64,000 bases of DNA from an uncultured delta proteobacterium (GTDB lineage Bacteria; Myxococcota_A; Polyangia; Palsa-1104). A model generated the notes under the pieces. The model made no database searches. It was given only the letters and a program-made list of their open reading frames with translations, and was not told the origin of the DNA. Location of the stretch: positions 96,001 to 160,000 of the forward strand of contig CAWAWS010000026.1 of assembly GCA_963785725.1 (NCBI GenBank). Direction: 5' to 3'. Both the position numbers and the translations under genes were made by a program. Shown here one piece after another: positions 32,434 through 41,945 of this stretch (position 1 is the first letter of the stretch; every line of letters starts with the position of its first letter).

Positions 32434-34278
32434 TCAGCTCTCGTGATGATCGTCGGAGTCGTTGGGTTCGGCGTCGTTGTTGGGCACGACCGGCAGCCCG
32501 CGCTTGCCCAGCTGCGGCGGCGGAACGAGCACGGTCAAGACGTCGGGCGGGAAGATCTCCGAGCCGCCTTCGTCGAACCAGACGCGCACTTTTTGCCGCA
32601 GGACATCGAGCTCGACGACCTTGCCGTTGCCGGCCGGCGTCGAGACGCGCTTGCCGACTTTGGGCAGCGTCTTGCGCATCTCTTTGTACAGGTCGTGCTC
32701 GTAGACCAAGCAGCACTTTAGGCGCCCGCATTGACCCGACACTTTGCTCGGGTTGAGCACGAGGCCTTGATCCTTGGCCATCTTGATCGACACCGGGACG
32801 AACGCCGGCAGCCACGTCGAGCAGCACAATTCGCGACCGCAGGAGCCGATGCCGCCGACCATCTTGGCTTCGTCGCGCGCGCCGATCTGCCGCATCTCGA
32901 TGCGCGCGTGCAGCTTGGCCGCTAGGTCTTTGACGAGGTCGCGGAAGTCGACGCGCTCGTCGCTGGCGAAGAAGAAGAGGACCTTGCCCGACGAGAGCGG
33001 ATACTCGACGCGCACGAGCTTCATGCCGAGGCGATGATCGCGAATGCGCTGCTTGCAGTAGAGGTAGGCTTCGCGCTCGCGGGCGGCGTTCTTGTCCTTG
33101 GCGCGCTCGTCGGTCTCGACGGCACGGCGCAAGATGCGGCGCAGCGGGTCGAGCACGGGCAGGCGGCGCGCCGAGACGGCGATGGTGCCGACGAGCGGAC
33201 CGCGATCGCTCTCGACGACGATGCGATCGCCGCGCACGTAGCCGACTTCGCCGGCGTCGAACTCGTAGATGGTGCCGGCGTCGCGGAACTTCACGCCGGC
33301 GACGTTGGCGAGCGTGCCGGCCGGGACTTGGACCTCGTCGGCGAGCGTGAAGATGTCTTCGCCGTCGGGATCGCGCGCCTCTTTGGCGGCGATCGGCGTC
33401 GGCAGGCGCTCGGGCGCGGCGGCTTCGGCGGCGGCGGCGGCCGGCGGCGGGGTCGCGGAGTCGTCGAGCGTGCCCCAGCCGGCGTCGATCTCGGCAGACG
33501 GGCGCGCCAGCACTTGCGGGCCCGATGGCGGCGTCGCTTGCGGCTGCGTGGGCGCGGCGGCGGCGGGGCGGTCGTCGCGTCGCTCGGGCCGGCGGTCGCG
33601 ATCGCGCGGCGCGCGGTCGTTGTCGCGCGCGGCGTTGGCGTTGGCGTCGCGCGCCGGGCGGTCGTTGTTGTCGCGCGGGCCGCGGTTGCGGTCGCTGCCG
33701 CCGCGATCGCCGCGCGGCTCGCTCGGGCGATCGGGGCGCGCCGACTGCTGCGGCCGCTCGTTGCGCGGCCGTTCGCCGCGGCCCGGCTGCGGCGCGCGCT
33801 CGCTCGGGCGCTCGTTGCGCGGACGCTCGCCGCGCGCGTCGTTGGGTCGCTCGCCGCGCGGACGGTCGCCGCCGCGGGCTTCGGCCGGCCGCTCGCCGCC
33901 GCGACCGCTCGCGCGATCCTGACGCGGGCGATCGCTGTTGTTGTTGGGGTTATTGGGACCGCGTGGTCGTTCGCCGCGCGGTCGATTGCCGTCGCCGCGC
34001 GCGTCGGCGGCCGGACGCGGTCGGTCGGCCGCGTCGTCGCCGGGACGGTCGCCACGCGGCGCCGCCGGTCGTTCGCCGCGCGCTTCGGCCGGACCGCGCG
34101 GCGCGTTCGTTGCCGCCGGCGCCGGGCGTGGACGCTCGCCGGCGTCGCCGGTCGCATCCCCGGCGCGCGCGTCGTCGCGCTCGCCCGGACCGCCGCGTCC
34201 GCGACGACGACGGCGCCGATTGTTGCCGCCGCCACCGCCCGCCGGCGGCGCTCCTTCGGATGGCCCTTCGTTACTCAC
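32434..34278 (-). CDS. ricT: PSP1/RicT (YaaT) Fe-S regulatory protein with a long disordered N-terminus
   Basis: RVDFRDLVKDL, RIEMRQIG.RDEAK, CGRELCC, SGQCGRLKCCL; holB-ricT-metG synteny. Confidence 0.88.
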   Translation of the reverse strand: MSNEGPSEGAPPAGGGGGNNRRRRRRGRGGPGERDDARAGDATGDAGERPRPAPAATNAPRGPAEARGERPAAPRGDRPGDDAADRPRPAADARGDGNRPRGERPRGPNNPNNNSDRPRQDRASGRGGERPAEARGGDRPRGERPNDARGERPRNERPSERAPQPGRGERPRNERPQQSARPDRPSEPRGDRGGSDRNRGPRDNNDRPARDANANAARDNDRAPRDRDRRPERRDDRPAAAAPTQPQATPPSGPQVLARPSAEIDAGWGTLDDSATPPPAAAAAEAAAPERLPTPIAAKEARDPDGEDIFTLADEVQVPAGTLANVAGVKFRDAGTIYEFDAGEVGYVRGDRIVVESDRGPLVGTIAVSARRLPVLDPLRRILRRAVETDERAKDKNAAREREAYLYCKQRIRDHRLGMKLVRVEYPLSSGKVLFFFASDERVDFRDLVKDLAAKLHARIEMRQIGARDEAKMVGGIGSCGRELCCSTWLPAFVPVSIKMAKDQGLVLNPSKVSGQCGRLKCCLVYEHDLYKEMRKTLPKVGKRVSTPAGNGKVVELDVLRQKVRVWFDEGGSEIFPPDVLTVLVPPPQLGKRGLPVVPNNDAEPNDSDDHHES

Positions 34279-35201
34279 GCGCGCGCCTCTCGCAAAGTCA
34301 GCAGCAGATGCTCCATGGCCAAAGGTGGCGACACATTGCCGCGCAGGGCTTCGACCGTTTCATCGATGGCGCGCAACGCCGTCAAAAGCGACGACGTCGA
34401 CCAATTGGACCAGCCACGCGCCAGGTCGACGCGCGCCGCCGACACGCGTGCGCCAGCGTCGTCGTTGCCGTCGTCACCGCCGGCCGACAGCTGCTCGCGG
34501 ACCAAGATCGCGTCGCGCAGGCGGCGCCACAAGGCGGACGTCAACGCCAGCGCCTCGTCGCGATCGCCGGCCAACTCCGAGGCGGCCGCGAACAGCGCCG
34601 ACACTTTGGGCGCGGCCGTCGCCGCTTCCAGCGTCGCCATCGCCGCTTCTCGCTGCGCGCGCGCTTCGTCGTCGAGGACAGGCTCCTCGCGCGGCCAAAA
34701 ACGCAGCCGCTGACAGCGCGACAACACCGTAATCGGCAGACGCCGTGCCTCGGCCGTCACGAGCAAGAAGTGCGTATTGGCGGGCGGCTCTTCCAGCGTC
34801 TTCAAGAGCACGTTGGCCGCTTCGGCGCGCTCGGGCACCGGCGCCAAGAGGTGCGCCGGGTCGAAGATGACGACGCGGGCGCGCCCTTCGTGCGGGCGAA
34901 ACCCGAGCGTCGTCAACAGCTCGCGGACGCGCTCGGTGAGCCCTTTGGGCGTCATGTCGAACCAAACGACGTCGGGATGCGTGCCGGCCTCGACCTTGGC
35001 GCACGAGGCGCAGGTGCCGCAGCCGTCGGGGTCGCGACGGTCGCATTCGAGCGCCATCGCCAGGGCGCGCGCGCAGGCGGCCTTGCCCGCGCCCTCGGGA
35101 CCTTCGAAAACATAGGCGTGGTGCAGTTTTTTCGCGGCGAGCGCGGCGCGCAGAATGTCGACGGCGCGCGTCTGTCCTTCGATGCTGCCGAGGCCGGCCA
35201 T
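34275..35201 (-). CDS. holB: DNA polymerase III delta' subunit
   Basis: HHAYVFEGPEGAGK, Zn cysteines, HPD, AANVLLKTLEEP, TVLSRC. Confidence 0.92.
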   Translation of the reverse strand: MAGLGSIEGQTRAVDILRAALAAKKLHHAYVFEGPEGAGKAACARALAMALECDRRDPDGCGTCASCAKVEAGTHPDVVWFDMTPKGLTERVRELLTTLGFRPHEGRARVVIFDPAHLLAPVPERAEAANVLLKTLEEPPANTHFLLVTAEARRLPITVLSRCQRLRFWPREEPVLDDEARAQREAAMATLEAATAAPKVSALFAAASELAGDRDEALALTSALWRRLRDAILVREQLSAGGDDGNDDAGARVSAARVDLARGWSNWSTSSLLTALRAIDETVEALRGNVSPPLAMEHLLLTLREARA

Positions 35202-35261
35202 GTGGCGCCAGCCTAGCATGCCGCCGGTGGATTCGCCTGCGCGATGACGTATAAAGAAGTC

Positions 35262-35927
35262 ATGGGAATCCTCGATCGGATCTCGCGGCTGGTCTCCTCG
35301 AACGTCAACTCGGCCATCGACAAGATGTCGGACCCGGGCAAGGAGATCGATCAGCTCGTCATCGACATGGAGCAGCAGCTCAAGAAGGCGCGGCTCGAAG
35401 TGCACGGCGCGCTCGCCGTCGAGAAGCGGCAGCGGGTGCGCGCCGAAGAGCTGGCCAAGAGCTCGCAAGAGTGGCAGGACCGCGCCGAGCGAGCGCTGCG
35501 CGCCGGCGACGAGAGCTTGGCGCGCGAGGCGCTCAAGCGCAAAGGCGAGATCGACGCCGAAGGCTTGACGGCGACGCGCGGTTTGAGCGACTCGGTGGCG
35601 CACGCCGAGGCGCTGACGACGGCGCTGAAGCAGCTCGAAGCGCGCATCGGCGAGGTCAAGCTGCGCAAGGAGTCGCTCAAGGCCAAGGCGCGCGCGAGCC
35701 GGGGCAAGAATCCGCTCGGCTCATCGGCGCTGGACGAGTTCGATCGCCTCAACGGCAAAGTCGACGCGCTCGACGCCGAGGCCGAGATCGACGAAGAGCT
35801 GGCCAAGCTGAAGCACGAAGACGCGGCCAGCCGCGAAGTGGAGCGCAAGCTGAACGCGCTCAGCACGAACAAAGACCTCGACGATCGGCTGGCGGCGCTG
35901 AAGGCGAAGCTGGATAAGCCCGAATAG
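35262..35927 (+). CDS. pspA: PspA/IM30 family protein
   Basis: MGILDRISRLV.SNVN..IDKM.DP, coiled coil, ESLAREAL. Confidence 0.88.
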   Translation: MGILDRISRLVSSNVNSAIDKMSDPGKEIDQLVIDMEQQLKKARLEVHGALAVEKRQRVRAEELAKSSQEWQDRAERALRAGDESLAREALKRKGEIDAEGLTATRGLSDSVAHAEALTTALKQLEARIGEVKLRKESLKAKARASRGKNPLGSSALDEFDRLNGKVDALDAEAEIDEELAKLKHEDAASREVERKLNALSTNKDLDDRLAALKAKLDKPE

Positions 35928-35938
35928 GTGGAAAAGCG

Positions 35939-37303
35939 TTATTCGCCCTTGAAGAAGAAGGGGAACGAGACGTTGCAGATGACGCCGTTGGGCTTCGGGA
36001 ACTGCCAGTTCTTGACCTGACGCGACATGCAGCTCTCGGCGCTGGGGCTGCCGAGTGACGAGCTCTCGACGCGCGTGCCTTCGACGTGACCGTCGAGCTG
36101 CACCTTCCAGTTGAGCACGACCTTGCCGGCCAAGTGCGGGAAGCGCTGCAGCTCCTTCGAGTAGCAGAACTCGAGCGCGGCGCGATGCGCGGCCACGACC
36201 TTGTAGATTTGCTCTTTGGAGAGGCCGCCGTCGGCGTCGGCGGTGCCGGTCTGCATGCCGACCTTCATCTCCTTGCCGAGGTGGCCGCCGCCCGAGCCGG
36301 TGGCGTGCGCGCCTTTGCCGCCGCCGCCCGTCGCCAAGTTGCCGACGCCGAGCAGCTGTCCGTTGCCCTTGCCGCCGCCGCCGCCGCCTTCGCCGCGCGT
36401 CGACATGCCGCCCGAGCCGCGTCCGACGACGAGCTCGGTGCCCTTCAAGCCGGCCAGCGCCGTCGTCATCGTGGCGTCGGGCGTGTCCGAGAGCAGCGTC
36501 TTGAGCGCCTGCGACTGCTTGCCGGCCTTGAGCGACCCGAGCAGGCCCATGTTTTGCACTTTGCGCACGATTTGATCGCGGTCGCCTTTGGGAATCTTCG
36601 TCTCGGCGACCTTGGCGTCTTGGTTGCCGACTTTGCCTTCCTTCTCGCGTGCGCGCTTCGACGCGTCGTCTTCGCGGACCTTGCGCTTGCCGCCGTCGGC
36701 CTTCTTCTCTTTTTCGGGCTCGGGCTCTTTCGGCGCGTCCATGAGGATCTTGGCGATGGCCGTCGACGGCGGCGGGTCGAGATCCATGGCGTCGTTCGGC
36801 TCCCACATGATCCAGCCGATCGTGAGGATCGCGATCTGGACGACGGCGCTCATCGCCAGCGCCTGACCGAAGAACTTGTCGAGCCAGCCGCCGGCGGGTC
36901 CGACGGCGACGCCGGGCGCGATGAACTGGAAGAAGAAGGCGACGTCGCCCGAGTCGTCGAGGCCGATGATGCCCCAGTCGCTCGTCGCCAGCGGCTGCTC
37001 GCGGAAGGGGCCGGCCGACACGCCGCGGCCGTCACGCACGAAGTCGCGCACCGCCTGCTGCTGATGCTCGACGTTGAGCTTGCCGCTCATGCCCTCGGCG
37101 AGCGTCAGCACGTAGCCGGTGTTGTCGGCCGAAGCGCGGAAGAGCGGGAACTCTTCGCCGAGCGCGCCCGAAGAGGGGACGATGAACGTGTCCTTCTTCG
37201 ACGACCCGACGGTGATGGTCTGCGGCGTGGTGAAGACGCGCTCCTCGAGTGGCTCACCATGCCACACGAGCACGACTCTAAGAGGACGCGAGCCGGAATT
37301 CAT
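35939..37303 (-). CDS. GltG/NfsG-like inner-membrane protein (FHA-like N-terminus, TM, Gly-rich linker, TonB-C-like domain)
   Basis: Single TM; C-terminal FCYSKELQRFPHLAGKV...WQFPKP...VSFPFFF. Confidence 0.75.
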   Translation of the reverse strand: MNSGSRPLRVVLVWHGEPLEERVFTTPQTITVGSSKKDTFIVPSSGALGEEFPLFRASADNTGYVLTLAEGMSGKLNVEHQQQAVRDFVRDGRGVSAGPFREQPLATSDWGIIGLDDSGDVAFFFQFIAPGVAVGPAGGWLDKFFGQALAMSAVVQIAILTIGWIMWEPNDAMDLDPPPSTAIAKILMDAPKEPEPEKEKKADGGKRKVREDDASKRAREKEGKVGNQDAKVAETKIPKGDRDQIVRKVQNMGLLGSLKAGKQSQALKTLLSDTPDATMTTALAGLKGTELVVGRGSGGMSTRGEGGGGGGKGNGQLLGVGNLATGGGGKGAHATGSGGGHLGKEMKVGMQTGTADADGGLSKEQIYKVVAAHRAALEFCYSKELQRFPHLAGKVVLNWKVQLDGHVEGTRVESSSLGSPSAESCMSRQVKNWQFPKPNGVICNVSFPFFFKGE

Positions 37304-37318
37304 CGCGTCATCAGCGTA

Positions 37319-37636
37319 TCACATCTCGTCGGTAGAGCGCTTCAATTCGGGGATGAAGCTCCGTTTGTCGGGCGTTGTCGTATCGAACTCCGACTTCATG
37401 CGGTTCAAGAAGTACATGAGCTGCGGCGTCTTCAACTTGCCGTCGATATCGAGCCCGCCGAACGTGTATTGCTTCGATTTCTGACCCGTCTTGGCGTCGA
37501 CGGTGGTCGGTCCGCCGTCGTCGGGCTTGGCCTTTTCGGGCGCCTTTTTCTTCTGCGCGGCGGCGGGTGTCACTGCCATGAGCGCGACGGCAGTCACCGT
37601 AACGATCGCAAGAACAGCGCGACGAGTGAGACTCAC
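37319..37636 (-). CDS. GltF/CglF-like small secreted protein
   Basis: Signal peptide; YTFGGLDIDGKLKTP...RSFIPELKRS; position between E- and G-like genes. Confidence 0.65.
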   Translation of the reverse strand: MSLTRRAVLAIVTVTAVALMAVTPAAAQKKKAPEKAKPDDGGPTTVDAKTGQKSKQYTFGGLDIDGKLKTPQLMYFLNRMKSEFDTTTPDKRSFIPELKRSTDEM

Positions 37637-38856
37637 GGTGAACCTCCCGGCTTCTTCAGTTGTGACGACGGCGACGCCGCTGACGGCGGCGGCGGCGCCG
37701 ACTTGGCCAGCTCTTTCAGGCGCGCTTCGGCCTCGGCATGGCGCGGATGGCCGAGCGTCGCGACCTTCATGTATTCGTCGAGCCGCGCGCGCGCCTTGGC
37801 GGGATCCTTTTTGAAGTCCATGTGCAGGACGACCAAGTTGTAGAGCGCGTCGGCGGCGCCGAGGCCGTTCGGCTCGGCGGCGAGCGCCTTCTCGTACGAC
37901 TTCTGCGCGGCGTCGAACTTGCCCTGTCCGCGCTCGGCGACGCCCAATGCGTTCCACGCGTCGACGTCGCTGGGATCGGCCTTGGTGATGCCGCGTAATT
38001 CCTCGGCCGCGCGCTCGTAGTCGCCGCAATCCAAGTAGACGATCGCTTTATTACGCCGAGCGACTGTCAGCGTCGGATCGAGCCGCGACGCCGCGTCGAA
38101 GTGCGCGAAGGCCTCCTGATCGCGCCGGCGCGCCAGCGCCACGAGCCCCAAATTGTTGTACACGTCGGCGGCGGCGCGACCGTCTTTGTCGCCCTCTTCT
38201 TTGTGCGCGCCGGCTTTGGGCTCGGCGATATCGAGCGCGCGATGCAGCACGAGGTCGGCCAACTCATGCTGGCCGCGCGCTTCGTAGACCATGCCGAGCG
38301 CGTTCAGCGCCGTCGACGAGCGCGGCTCGGCGCGCAAGACGCCGCGCAGCACCTCGGTGGCGTCGTCGAGCTTGTTGGCGCGGCGCAGCGCGTTGGCCAA
38401 CTGCACGCGCGCCGCGGCCGTCGCCGCGCCCGGCGGCGGCTTGTCGACCCAGCCGCGCAGCACCTTGACGGCATCGGCGGCGCGACCGGCCTCCAGATAG
38501 GCGTCGGCCAGCGCCTGCACCGTCGGCAAATGCGTCGGCAAAATGGAGTGCGCCTTTTCCAGCGGCGGAATGGCCTCCGCCTCGTGATGGCGCTGTAACT
38601 CGAGATAGCCGGTGTCGTACCAGGCTTCCCAAAGCCCGGCGTCGAGGTCGATGGCGTCTTTGAGCCGCTCGAGCGCGCGATCGTAGTTGCCGCTGCCGAG
38701 GCGCACGAGGCGCGCGGCGTCTTTGAGCGCCTCGATCGCCTCCGGTTTGGCCGGCGGCAGCTTGGGCACTTCGACTTGCTTGGGCGCCGACGCGCAGCCC
38801 GATATCGCCATAATCAATATCGAATGCGCGAAAACGAATGCGAAACGGCGATTCAT
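37633..38856 (-). CDS. GltE/AglT-like TPR lipoprotein
   Basis: AISGC lipobox; tandem TPRs. Confidence 0.7.
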   Translation of the reverse strand: MNRRFAFVFAHSILIMAISGCASAPKQVEVPKLPPAKPEAIEALKDAARLVRLGSGNYDRALERLKDAIDLDAGLWEAWYDTGYLELQRHHEAEAIPPLEKAHSILPTHLPTVQALADAYLEAGRAADAVKVLRGWVDKPPPGAATAAARVQLANALRRANKLDDATEVLRGVLRAEPRSSTALNALGMVYEARGQHELADLVLHRALDIAEPKAGAHKEEGDKDGRAAADVYNNLGLVALARRRDQEAFAHFDAASRLDPTLTVARRNKAIVYLDCGDYERAAEELRGITKADPSDVDAWNALGVAERGQGKFDAAQKSYEKALAAEPNGLGAADALYNLVVLHMDFKKDPAKARARLDEYMKVATLGHPRHAEAEARLKELAKSAPPPPSAASPSSQLKKPGGSP

Positions 38857-41800
38857 CGCTGCACCGCCGAGACGAACGGCAGCGCGGGGCGCGGCTCGGC
38901 GACGGCCGGACGTGCGCGCGCTTCGGCTTCGGGCGGGAACTCCTGGTCGCTCATGCGTCCCAAGGCCGCGCGCAGCTTTTGCGTAAACTCGTTATAAACG
39001 CCGAGCTGCAGCGCCTTTTGATAGCCCGTCTTGTACGCGTCGATGGCCTTCTCTTCGACGACGACGACCACCTTCTCGAGCTCGTCGCGATAGACCTGCT
39101 GCTCGTCGGCGCTCAGCTGCGCCGGCACCGGTGCGCCGCGCAACGCCTTGGCAAATCGCTCATAAGCGTCACCGATGCGATACAGCGCCGCGGTCGCCCA
39201 TTCGGGATCATTGAAAGTGACGACGTCGACATAAGCCTGCTTGGCCTTCTCGAGCAGCTGCGATTTCTCGTCGAGCGTGCGCTTGAGCTTCTTGGCGTCG
39301 GTGGCCAACTTCACGCGCTCGAACTCGTGAAACAGCAGCTCGCCTTCGAGATAACGCGCATGCGCCGCCGCGCCCGCCGCCGCTTTGTCGTTCGTCCGCT
39401 TGAATAACGCGACCGCCTCTTTGAGCGGGCCGGCCGCCTTCTTCTCTTGATTGGCGGCGATATATTCGGCGCCTTGTCGCGAGAAGGCCTCGATGGTCTG
39501 CGCAGTTCCCGGATAACGAACGGCATAATCGCTGAACGCGTGCGCCGCCGCCTCGTGCTGGCCGGCGTCGGCATAGACGACACCGATACGGAACGCGACC
39601 TGCTTGACGTCGTCGCGCTGCTGATAGCGCCGCGCATAAGCGCCATAAGCGGTAATCGCCGCCTGCGTGTCGCCCAAATGCTCGCGCAACAAACCGGCAT
39701 TGAAGAGGGCATCGGCGGCGTGCGTATCTTTAGGATAACGATCGGCCAATAGTTGATAAAAGCGCGCCGCTTGATCCCACAATGCCGCTTGTTCGTAGAG
39801 CTTGCCGGCATTCCATGCGGCATTTCCCGCTTCATTCGAGTTGGGATATTTCTCGACCAGAATGGCGTCCAGCTTGACCGCCTCTTCCGGTTTTCCCGCG
39901 CGCACATACAAGCTGGCGGCATTGGTCAGCGCCGCCGTCGCGCGCGTCGACGCCGGGAATTCGTTGGCCACGCGCGTGTAAATCGCGGCCGCGGCCAGCG
40001 GATCGGTCTCCGCCTTTTGCTCGCCCGCCTTCATGCCGGCGTCGACGACCAGCTTCGACAGTCGCTCCTGATCGTCCTTGGCCTGAAACGCCGGCACTTT
40101 CAATAGACGCCGCGCCCACGCTTCGACGTTCTCGTAGTCCTTGGCCTTGTTCAGCGACTCCAAGATCCGATCGCCGGCCGCGGCCGCCGCCGGATTTTTC
40201 GGATACTTTTCGACGATCAGTCCAAAGCGTTTTACGGCTTCGTCATAATCGCCGTAGTCATAGAAGAGCTGACCATTCTTCAAGAGCACGCCGGCGATTT
40301 CCGGATCTTGCGGGAACAGCGTCGCATAGAGGTCGATCGCTTCGCCCATATGCTTGTCCGACGGCAAGATCTCGCGCTTCGACCCCGTTACGCGCTCGCG
40401 CCGCACTTTCTCGTAAGCATTGATCGACTGCAACAACGCCTCGCGATGCAGCTTGCCGACCGGCTTCGCTTTGCCGACCGCCAAATAAGAATCGCCCGCT
40501 TCCTCGTATCGCTTCAGCTTGAAGAAATAGATATCGCCGAGCAGGTAATGCGCTTCGGTGGCATCGGGGTCGTGCTCGAAACGCGAGAGATAGTAGGCAT
40601 AAGCCTCGGCCGCTCGCGTATAGCGCTCGCCGTCGATATGCCCGTGCTGCTGCTGCTCGTTCCTTTGCGCCTCGGCGTGCAGCCCTTTGGCCACCTCGTG
40701 CAGCATCGTCGCCGCCACTTGATGCGCGTGCTCGACCGCCTGCGGGTTCTGCTGCGCCTTGGCCCATTCGCTGTCGGGGCCATAATTCTCGGCCAAATGA
40801 CGCAGCTCTTTGACGGCCTCTTTGTTCTGATCCATTTCGCGCATCGCCTCGACGATGCGCTTTTGCCGGTCGGGGCTCTGCTCGTCATTGGGATCGAGCT
40901 TGATTAAGAAGCGCTCCGATTCGATGGCGCGGTCATAGCGCGCCTGCGCATAAAACGTGTCGGCCAACTTGGCGATGACTTTGCGCGAATACGAGGCACC
41001 GCCAATCGACGCCAAGAAATCGAAGGCGTCTTTCGGCCCTTTGCGCTCGTCTTCGGTGAACACTTGCACGAGCTGTTCGAGCGCTTCGCCTTTGAGCTCC
41101 TCGAGCCGCTTACGACCCGATTCCGTCAATTGATGGGCGCGGGCCACCGAGCTCGTCGTCGTGCCCGAGCCCAAATCGAGCACCTCTTTGAAACGCCGCG
41201 CCGCCTTATCCGACTCGCCTAGCTTCCAATAGCACCAAGCGGTCTTGAATAGCGCCAAGTCGTAGAGCGGTGAATCGGGAAACTTCAGCACCTCGTCATA
41301 TCCGGCGAGCGCGCTCTTGTAGTCGTTGTCGTCGTAAAAGCGCGCTTCGGCGACGGCCATCCAGGCGTCGGGACGAAAGCGCGACTCGGGATGCTCGTTC
41401 AAGATGCGTTTGTATTGCACCAGCGCTTGGTCGAGCTTGCCTTCGGAGCGCAGCGAAAAGCCGTATAGATAGAGCACCGCGTCGGTCTTGCGGAAATTGG
41501 GATATTCATTCAATAGCCGCTTGTAAATGACCTGCGATGACACGAGGTCGAGCTGCGGCTGCGGCGGCGAATGACAGGGCGCTTTGCCCTTTTGCGCGTT
41601 GCATTGCTCGACGGCGGCATTGAACGTCGCCATGTCGCTCAAGAACTGCGACTTCGCCTCTTCCCACTTGAGCTCGGCCAGCTGAAACATGACCTCCGCC
41701 GTTTGCGGCGTCGGTCCGTGCTCGCGCAGATATTGTTCGAGCAGCGCGATTCCTTGCCGCCGCTTGACCACGACTTGCGCCTCTTTTTGCCGCAAGACCT

Positions 41801-41945
41801 GCTCGACCTGCGCCGAAACCGCGAGATTGCGCGCGCGCGCGCCGGCCGACAGGCGCGCCTCTTCGTATTCGCCGCCGGCATAGGCCGACAGCGGGGCGCA
41901 CGCCAAGAAGGCCGCGAGTAGCTTATTTATAGTTTTCGTACTCAT
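38853..41945 (-). CDS. GltD/AgmU-like large periplasmic TPR protein
   Basis: Signal peptide, about 1030 aa of TPRs, C-terminal WATAALYRIG...AP.P..L.....Y. Confidence 0.75.
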   Translation of the reverse strand: MSTKTINKLLAAFLACAPLSAYAGGEYEEARLSAGARARNLAVSAQVEQVLRQKEAQVVVKRRQGIALLEQYLREHGPTPQTAEVMFQLAELKWEEAKSQFLSDMATFNAAVEQCNAQKGKAPCHSPPQPQLDLVSSQVIYKRLLNEYPNFRKTDAVLYLYGFSLRSEGKLDQALVQYKRILNEHPESRFRPDAWMAVAEARFYDDNDYKSALAGYDEVLKFPDSPLYDLALFKTAWCYWKLGESDKAARRFKEVLDLGSGTTTSSVARAHQLTESGRKRLEELKGEALEQLVQVFTEDERKGPKDAFDFLASIGGASYSRKVIAKLADTFYAQARYDRAIESERFLIKLDPNDEQSPDRQKRIVEAMREMDQNKEAVKELRHLAENYGPDSEWAKAQQNPQAVEHAHQVAATMLHEVAKGLHAEAQRNEQQQHGHIDGERYTRAAEAYAYYLSRFEHDPDATEAHYLLGDIYFFKLKRYEEAGDSYLAVGKAKPVGKLHREALLQSINAYEKVRRERVTGSKREILPSDKHMGEAIDLYATLFPQDPEIAGVLLKNGQLFYDYGDYDEAVKRFGLIVEKYPKNPAAAAAGDRILESLNKAKDYENVEAWARRLLKVPAFQAKDDQERLSKLVVDAGMKAGEQKAETDPLAAAAIYTRVANEFPASTRATAALTNAASLYVRAGKPEEAVKLDAILVEKYPNSNEAGNAAWNAGKLYEQAALWDQAARFYQLLADRYPKDTHAADALFNAGLLREHLGDTQAAITAYGAYARRYQQRDDVKQVAFRIGVVYADAGQHEAAAHAFSDYAVRYPGTAQTIEAFSRQGAEYIAANQEKKAAGPLKEAVALFKRTNDKAAAGAAAHARYLEGELLFHEFERVKLATDAKKLKRTLDEKSQLLEKAKQAYVDVVTFNDPEWATAALYRIGDAYERFAKALRGAPVPAQLSADEQQVYRDELEKVVVVVEEKAIDAYKTGYQKALQLGVYNEFTQKLRAALGRMSDQEFPPEAEARARPAVAEPRPALPFVSAVQR

